This document shows positions 1 to 4,369 of a stretch of DNA of 6,376 nt, piece by piece (positions within the stretch are counted from its first letter, which is position 1; each line of letters begins with the position of its first letter). Origin of the DNA: a virus; IMG/VR virus record IMGVR_UViG_3300045988_013671, positions 1 through 6,376 of that record; one strand, given 5' to 3'. The notes beneath the pieces were generated by a model. The model was not told where the DNA came from and did not search any database. It was given only the letters and a program-made list of their open reading frames with translations. A program made the position numbers and the translations under genes.

Positions 1-127
1 AAAGATGTTATTATTAGAGGTTTTGCACGTTATTCGTTAAATCGTGACAATCAACTTCATAATTGTACTTGTCACGGTGTACATACTGCTGCTGTTGCTC
101 TTTCTGGTGTGTTGAGAGAGCAATCTC
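1..127. repeat. Terminal direct repeat, left copy. Exact duplicate of 6250-6376, marking circular-genome or assembly overlap; unit length 6249 nt
   Basis: Base-by-base comparison shows 1-127 identical to 6250-6376. The repeat runs to both window edges, and an ORF is continuous across the implied junction. Confidence 0.97.
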
Positions 128-489
128 CTGTTGAGGATTTTCTTTTTGAGGATAATTTTGATGGTTCGAGGACGTTCGTTAGTGATTATTCGGTTCTCTC
201 AGGTCAAGCGGCAATTGACCAAATGAATCCGACTCAATTACGTCGCTATTTGAACGGTTTACGTCCCTCTTCATCTCCTTATACTCACCATTATGATGAT
301 GATTTCCTTTTGGAATATTGTAAGGACAGAAATATTCAGTCTTACACTGAAATGCAGGCTTGGTTAGAGCGTCTTATTTCTGAGGGTCAATCTCTTGAAA
401 ATGATGTTGCCGCTTATCAGGCTGCTAAGTTGGCCGAACAACAACAGGCTACCGAAAATCAACAAAGTGCCCAGAATTCTACTGAATGA
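1..489 (+). CDS. Hypothetical protein, 164 aa once joined to ATG 6244 across the circular junction. A scaffolding-like role is suggested only by position and composition
   Basis: Frame +1 is open from base 1, so the GTG-109 start in the ORF track is a window-edge artefact. Codon usage is NNT-biased like the neighbouring genes. Stop TGA 487-489 overlaps the next ATG at 486 (ATGA coupling). The protein is acidic with a Q-rich C-terminus (AEQQQATENQQSAQNSTE). I recognise no family by eye. Confidence 0.75.
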   Translation, partial: KDVIIRGFARYSLNRDNQLHNCTCHGVHTAAVALSGVLREQSPVEDFLFEDNFDGSRTFVSDYSVLSGQAAIDQMNPTQLRRYLNGLRPSSSPYTHHYDDDFLLEYCKDRNIQSYTEMQAWLERLISEGQSLENDVAAYQAAKLAEQQQATENQQSAQNSTE

Positions 490-1583
490 TTGGTGCAGCT
501 ATCGGCGCTGCTGGCTCTTTGGCCAGCGGTGTTGTTAATGCCATTGGTAACAATCGGCAAGGTTCTAAGAATCGTAAACATCAGCTTGAAATGCAGCGGA
601 TCCAGAACGAATGGGCAAGTTCTGAATCCCAGAAATCACGTGATTTTGCTAAATCAATGTTTGATGCTACGAACGAATGGAACTCCGCTAAAAATCAGCG
701 TGCACGCTTAGAGGAAGCTGGTTTGAATCCTTATTTGATGATGAATGGTGGTTCGGCTGGTTCTGCTCAGTCTACATCTGCAACTGCCTCTTCTGGTGCT
801 TCTGGTTCTGGTGGTACACCTTACCAGTACACCCCTACAAATATGATTGGTGATGTTGCCTCTTTTGCTGGTGCTATGAAATCGCTTTCGGACGCTCGCA
901 AATCTGGTGTAGAAGCTGATTTGTTAGATAGATATGGTGATTCTGATTATTCTTCCCGTATTGCTAATACTGAGGCTGACACTTATTTTAAACAGCGTCA
1001 ATCGGATGTTGCTACTGCTCAAAGAGCTAATTTACTTTTGTCTTCTGAAGCACAGCAAGTTATGAATATGTATTTACCTCAAGAAAAACAGATAGCTCTT
1101 TCTACTCTTGGTGCACAGTACTGGAATATGATTCGTGACGGCTCTATTAAGGAAGAACAAGCGAAGAATCTTCTTGCTACTCGTTTGGAAATTGAGGCTC
1201 GTACAGCTGGCCAACATATTTCTAATAAGATTGCTCGTTCTACGGCTGATTCTATCATCGACGCTACTAATACTGTTAAGATGAATGAAGCTGCTTATAA
1301 TCGTGGTTATTCTCAATTTTCCAATGATGTTGGTTTTCGTACTGGTAAGATGGATCGCTGGCTTCAAGATCCCGTTAAAGCACGTTGGGACAGAGGTATA
1401 AATAACGCTGGTAAGTTTATCGAAGGTCTTTCTAATATTGTCGGTTCTGTTACTAAGTTTGGTTTCTTAAGAAATGCTAACCAAAGGTTAAAAGAAGATA
1501 AACGGCAATTTGACAGAGGTACTGTCGATATTTTCGACGATAACAAAGGTTATTCTTGGACTCGTCAACATCGTGGACGTTGA
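486..1583 (+). CDS. Microviridae VP2 / DNA pilot (minor capsid, phiX H-like) protein, 365 aa
   Basis: The N-terminus is rich in small residues (MIGAAIGAAGSLASGVVNAIG). The motif NQRARLEEAGLNPYLMMNGG is followed by a G/S/A/T low-complexity linker, and the C-terminal half is long and helix-prone. This matches the pattern I recognise from gokushovirus and alpavirus VP2. The start overlaps the upstream stop (ATGA), and the gene ends at TGA 1581-1583. Confidence 0.88.
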   Translation: MIGAAIGAAGSLASGVVNAIGNNRQGSKNRKHQLEMQRIQNEWASSESQKSRDFAKSMFDATNEWNSAKNQRARLEEAGLNPYLMMNGGSAGSAQSTSATASSGASGSGGTPYQYTPTNMIGDVASFAGAMKSLSDARKSGVEADLLDRYGDSDYSSRIANTEADTYFKQRQSDVATAQRANLLLSSEAQQVMNMYLPQEKQIALSTLGAQYWNMIRDGSIKEEQAKNLLATRLEIEARTAGQHISNKIARSTADSIIDATNTVKMNEAAYNRGYSQFSNDVGFRTGKMDRWLQDPVKARWDRGINNAGKFIEGLSNIVGSVTKFGFLRNANQRLKEDKRQFDRGTVDIFDDNKGYSWTRQHRGR

Positions 1584-1611
1584 TGTTTATTTGTTTTAGT
1601 TTTACTCTCTT

Positions 1612-1643
1612 AAGGGATTGGCTTTACAGTCAGTCCCTTTTTT
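1612..1643 (+). terminator. Rho-independent terminator after VP2
   Basis: The stem pairs aagggattggc (1612-1622) with gtcagtccctt (1629-1639) for 11 pairs including 2 G-T wobbles. The loop is tttaca, and a T6 tract follows at 1638-1643. It sits 29 nt downstream of the VP2 stop. Confidence 0.6.
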
Positions 1644-1650
1644 GTATGGC

Positions 1651-1806
1651 CCTCCTGCTTCACTTTACCGTCCTATCCGTTCTATCCGTCCAGCCAGCTG
1701 GGGGCCCCTCTGGGGGAGCAAGGCTCCCTAAATCTCTATGTCGAGCGGGAGCGAAGAATGAAAAAAACGTCGGCCGTCCACGGGCCGCAGCCGTGGCCGC
1801 CGGAGG
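1651..1806 (+). other. GC-rich structured intergenic island; function unknown (candidate ssDNA origin or structured element)
   Basis: A hand count gives about 100 G+C in 160 nt (about 62%) for 1651-1810, against a visibly AT-rich genome. It contains hairpin gggagc-aag-gctccc (1714-1728) and the palindromes cagctg (1695-1700) and ggggcccc (1701-1708). ctggggg occurs twice (1698-1704 and 1710-1716). Hairpin ccacgg-gccgcag-ccgtgg (1778-1796) has imperfect outer pairing to about 1771-1803. A possible closing helix pairs cctcctgc (1651-1658) with gccggagg (1799-1806), 7 of 8 pairs. Confidence 0.6.
1668..1694 (+). repeat. Three imperfect 9-nt tandem units (ccgtcctat / ccgttctat / ccgtccagc); iteron-like
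   Basis: The units occupy 1668-1676, 1677-1685 and 1686-1694. The exact octamer ctatccgt occurs twice, at 1673-1680 and 1682-1689. Confidence 0.7.
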
Positions 1807-1864
1807 CATCATAAAGTTAAGCTATTTTACTTGGTACGAAGTTCCCCGACTTTCGTGCGAAGCA

Positions 1865-1890
1865 AACCGGATTAATTGTAATCTCCGGTT
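1865..1890 (+). other. Stem-loop upstream of the rep gene
   Basis: aaccgga (1865-1871) pairs with tccggtt (1884-1890) for 7 bp. After a 2-nt bulge, tta pairs with taa (3 bp) around the tetraloop attg. The motif caaacc flanks the hairpin at 1863-1868 and 1891-1896. Confidence 0.45.
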
Positions 1891-1937
1891 CAAACCCCCT
1901 TGTTCACGATTGGCGAAAGTCACATCACTATATAGAT

Positions 1938-1969
1938 ATTGTGTATATCAAAATTAGTTTTTATATTTG
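1938..1969 (+). promoter_or_regulatory. Possible Bacteroides-type promoter for rep (-33 aTTG, 20-nt spacer, -7 TAtaTTTG)
   Basis: TATATTTG at 1962-1969 matches the TAnnTTTG -7 element of Bacteroides primary-sigma promoters. ATTG at 1938-1941 is a 3/4 match to the -33 TTTG. The motif ends 4 nt before ATG 1974, which would imply a near-leaderless transcript. This rests on motif matching alone. Confidence 0.25.
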
Positions 1970-1973
1970 CGGC

Positions 1974-3607
1974 ATGATTAACAATCGCAGTAAAACATAT
2001 GGATCTTGTCTTCATCCTCGTGTGATAAAGAACAAATATACAGGTGACCCTGTATATGTTCCTTGCGGCACGTGTGAGTTTTGTATACACAATAAGGCTA
2101 TTAAGGCTGAATTGAAGTGCAATGTTCAATTAGCCGCTTCTGAATATTGTGAGTTTATCACTCTGACCTATTCAACGGAGTATTTGCCAGTCGGTGAGTT
2201 TTATAAAGGTGCTTCTGGTGAGGTAAGATTTCGTTGTTTACCTCGTGATTTTGTTTATTCATATAAAACCGTTCAAGGCTATAACCGTAATATATCATTC
2301 AATGATGAATGTTTTGACTTCGATACTCAATTGTCTTGGGAATCTGCACGATTATTGCAGAAGAAAACACATTTACATTATACTTCTTTCCCTGATGGTC
2401 GGCGTATTTATAACCGCCCTTATATGGAAAATTTAATCGGTTATCTTAACTATCGTGATATACAGCTTTTTTTAAGCGTTTAAACCAAAATATAAGGAGT
2501 ATTACAAATGAAAAGATTTACTACTACGTTGTTGGAGAATATGGGCCAACAACATTCCGTCCGCATTTCCATATCTTATTATTCCACGACTCGCGAGAGC
2601 TCAGACAAAGTATACGACAGTTTGTTCTTAAGAGTTGGCGCTTTGGTGATACAGATACGCAATCTGTCTGGTCTTCCGCTTCATGCTACGTTGCGGGATA
2701 CGTCAATAGTACTGCGTGTCTTCCCGACTTTTATAAGAATTTTAGCCATATTAAGCCGTTCGGCCGATTTTCTATACATTTTGCGGAATCCGCTTTTAAT
2801 GAAGTATTTAAACCGGAAGAAAATGAGGAAATATTCGCTTTATTCTATGATGGTCGAGTGCTCGAACTTAATGGAAAGCCTACACTTGTGCGGCCTAAGA
2901 GGTCGCATATCAATCGACTATACCCCCGACTTAATAAGTCTAAGCATGCGACTGTGGATGATGATATACGAGTTGCTACGGCTTTATCATCCATCCCACA
3001 CGTTCTTGCAAAATTCGGCTTTATTGACGAAGTAGCTGACTTTGAGATGTCTAGGCGTATATATTACCTTATTCGTAGGTATCTGGAAGTTGACCATACG
3101 TTGAAATATGCTCCTGAACAACTCAGGTTGATTTACAACTCTTGTCGTTTGTCGTTGTATATAAATTTCTCTGACGAAAGTGGCTGTGCTGCTATCTATC
3201 GTTTGTTGCTTAATTATCGTAACTTGGTCAATAACTGGATAACTGCGCCTGTTGGTAGTGTTGCGTTTACTGGTCAATTACGTTATGCTATTAGATCAAT
3301 TCACTCTTTCTATGATTATTGTGCTAAACGTTCGTTGCGTGACCAGTTGTTGAAAGTTAGGAAATGGTCTAATGATTCTTATGTACGTGAGAATTTATCT
3401 ATATATTATTTTTACCCGTTGACGGATGTCGATATAATGAAGCGTTCTTATTCAGAGATAGTGTCTGATAGTTCTGTCTTACGAGCCAGCTATGCAGATT
3501 ATGCAGCGGATAATCGTGAACGTATTAAACACAAGGCTCTGAATGATAAGAACGCTTTGTTGATTGCTTCCGTTGACAAAAATATTGATTATTATTATGG
3601 AAAATAA
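1974..3607 (+). CDS. Microviridae VP4 / rolling-circle replication initiator (HUH endonuclease). About 544 aa if a -1 frame change at 2468-2474 is allowed; otherwise a disrupted gene
   Basis: Segment A (1974-2474, frame of ATG 1974) reads MINNRSKTYGSCLHPRVIKNKYTGDPVYVPCGTCEFCIHNK... and carries RCR motif I, FITLTY (2154-2171). Segment B (2474-3607, -1 frame) reads KRLNQNIRSITNEKIYYYVVGEYGPTTFRPHFHILLFHD. It carries the HUH motif HFH (2564-2572) and the tyrosine motif YVAGYVN (2687-2707), compare phiX A protein YVAKYVN. The 0 frame stops at TAA 2481-2483 and segment B ends at TAA 3605-3607. The GTG-1941 start in the ORF track is less likely than ATG 1974. Confidence 0.9.
2468..2474 (+). other. 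Candidate -1 recoding site T TTT TTA (within T7 run 2467-2473) in rep
   Basis: The 0-frame codons are ctt ttt tta, which gives an X XXY YYZ heptamer. The -1 frame opens at 2459 and the 0 frame closes at 2481-2483, so the frame change must occur inside this 22-nt overlap. Confidence 0.5.
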
Positions 3608-3761
3608 AAAGTATTATTTCGCTTGTCTCCATTATATGGGACACAAGCGTAGGGTTGCTATTTGTTTGGACCCTGCTGTTATTGATTCGTATTTGAAAGC
3701 TGGGTATATTATTGAAATCTTGGATTCTCTCAGTGTGATAGAAGAACCTAAAATTGATTGA
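3597..3761 (+). CDS. Hypothetical small protein, 54 aa
   Basis: ATG 3597 overlaps the last 11 nt of rep. The product reads MENKKYYFACLHYMGHKRRVAICLDPAVIDSYLKAGYIIEILDSLSVIEEPKID. Stop TGA 3759-3761 lies 1 nt before the next ATG at 3763 (tgatatg). It is tightly packed on the same strand. I recognise no family and see no TM segment. Confidence 0.55.
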   Translation: MENKKYYFACLHYMGHKRRVAICLDPAVIDSYLKAGYIIEILDSLSVIEEPKID

Positions 3762-3762
3762 T

Positions 3763-4167
3763 ATGTATAAGCCTAAACATTTTTCTTTGTTGGAACTGAT
3801 CAATACCAGTACAACAACCTTGGCGAACAATATCCCTACTTGGGATTCCTTGTTGAACTTGACTTACCTCTGTAAGTATATACTTGACCCGTTGCGTGAT
3901 GCTTTTGGAAAGCCTATTTATATTAATTCCGGTTATCGCTCGAATTTTGTAAATGAGGCTGTTGGTGGTGTTTCGAACTCTCAGCATAAATTTGGCTATG
4001 CTGCTGATATTTCGGTAAGTAGTCGTGATTCTATCTCTGAACTGTTTGCTCTGATTCAGGAAATGGAATTGCCGTTCGATCAGGTTATTTACTACCGTAA
4101 AGCTGGCTTTATCCATGTTTCTTGGTCCCCGACTTATCGCAAGCAGATTATTGTTAGGGATGCTTAA
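3763..4167 (+). CDS. Zinc D-Ala-D-Ala carboxypeptidase-like cell-wall peptidase (Peptidase M15 / VanY-like, LAS fold); putative endolysin, 134 aa
   Basis: The motif SGYRSNFVNEAVGGVSNSQHKFGYAADI carries the H-x6-D zinc ligands (His codon 3985-3987, Asp codon 4006-4008). A distal FIHVS provides a further His (4114-4116). This is the signature I recognise for M15-family phage peptidases. ATG 3763 is preferred over the TTG 3754 used by the ORF track. No N-terminal signal peptide is evident. Confidence 0.87.
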   Translation: MYKPKHFSLLELINTSTTTLANNIPTWDSLLNLTYLCKYILDPLRDAFGKPIYINSGYRSNFVNEAVGGVSNSQHKFGYAADISVSSRDSISELFALIQEMELPFDQVIYYRKAGFIHVSWSPTYRKQIIVRDA

Positions 4168-4369
4168 AGTTGATTCTTTCCCGTCTATTCACAATAGTGT
4201 AGTAGACGGGATACCCGAAAATTTTGTTCACTATTATAAAAAGTATTTGTATGAAATTGAGTTTTTCCGTTTTAAAAAAGGTGTTTCTGTTGATTTACGA
4301 CATTGTGACATTCCTGTTACAGAGAAAGAAAAACAATTAGTTATTAATTTTAAATTTGATGAAAAATGA
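4160..4369 (+). CDS. Hypothetical small protein, 69 aa
   Basis: ATG 4160 overlaps the peptidase 3' end by 8 nt. Stop TGA 4367-4369 overlaps the capsid ATG at 4366 (ATGA coupling). The product reads MLKVDSFPSIHNSVVDGIPENFVHYYKKYLYEIEFFRFKKGVSVDLRHCDIPVTEKEKQLVINFKFDEK. It is charged, has no TM segment, and I recognise no family. Confidence 0.55.
   Translation: MLKVDSFPSIHNSVVDGIPENFVHYYKKYLYEIEFFRFKKGVSVDLRHCDIPVTEKEKQLVINFKFDEK

Noticed and set aside
52-69. CAACTTCATAATTGTACT (also at 6301-6318) resembles the phiX174 origin core CAACTTGATATTAATAAC.
   Set aside because: Only about 12 of 18 positions match in AT-rich sequence. It lies inside a coding region of an unrelated gene, and this Rep is only distantly related to phiX A protein, so specificity cannot be transferred. 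It would be worth testing only in a Rep nicking assay.
490-711. +1-frame ORFs inside VP2 and VP1 (490-711, 4460-4732, 5427-5669, 5997-6182; also 2245-2436).
   Set aside because: Most share the stop-depleted frame relation to the real gene, and all have hydrophobic low-complexity translations. They are nested entirely inside well-supported genes.
1880-1900. ggttcaaaccc resembles a tRNA T-loop (GGTTCRANYCC).
   Set aside because: No 5-bp T-stem complement follows the loop, and no acceptor, D or anticodon arms can be built around it.
1914-1921. cgaaagtc resembles the GAAA...GUC core of a hammerhead ribozyme.
   Set aside because: No CUGAUGA (CUGANGA) box occurs on either strand nearby, and the required three-helix junction cannot be built.
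1925-1957. A dif-like XerC/XerD site (tatagatattgtgtatatcaaaat) that could indicate a temperate lifestyle.
   Set aside because: Apart from a central tgtata, the arms do not match the dif consensus (GCGCATAA / TTATGTTAAAT). No integrase is present and there is no other evidence of lysogeny in the window.
2508-3035. A 175-codon ORF preceded by an apparently good AAGGAG-N8-ATG, overlapping rep in the +1 frame. It could be an overprinted gene like phiX B, K or E.
   Set aside because: The translation is L/S/R-rich and low in information. Rep codons end mostly in T or C, and a stop in this alternative frame needs A or G at that position, so the frame is depleted of stops. The same artefact produces long ORFs in the equivalent frame of every gene. 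No other gene in the genome uses a Shine-Dalgarno motif. Overprinting is not excluded, but nothing supports it.
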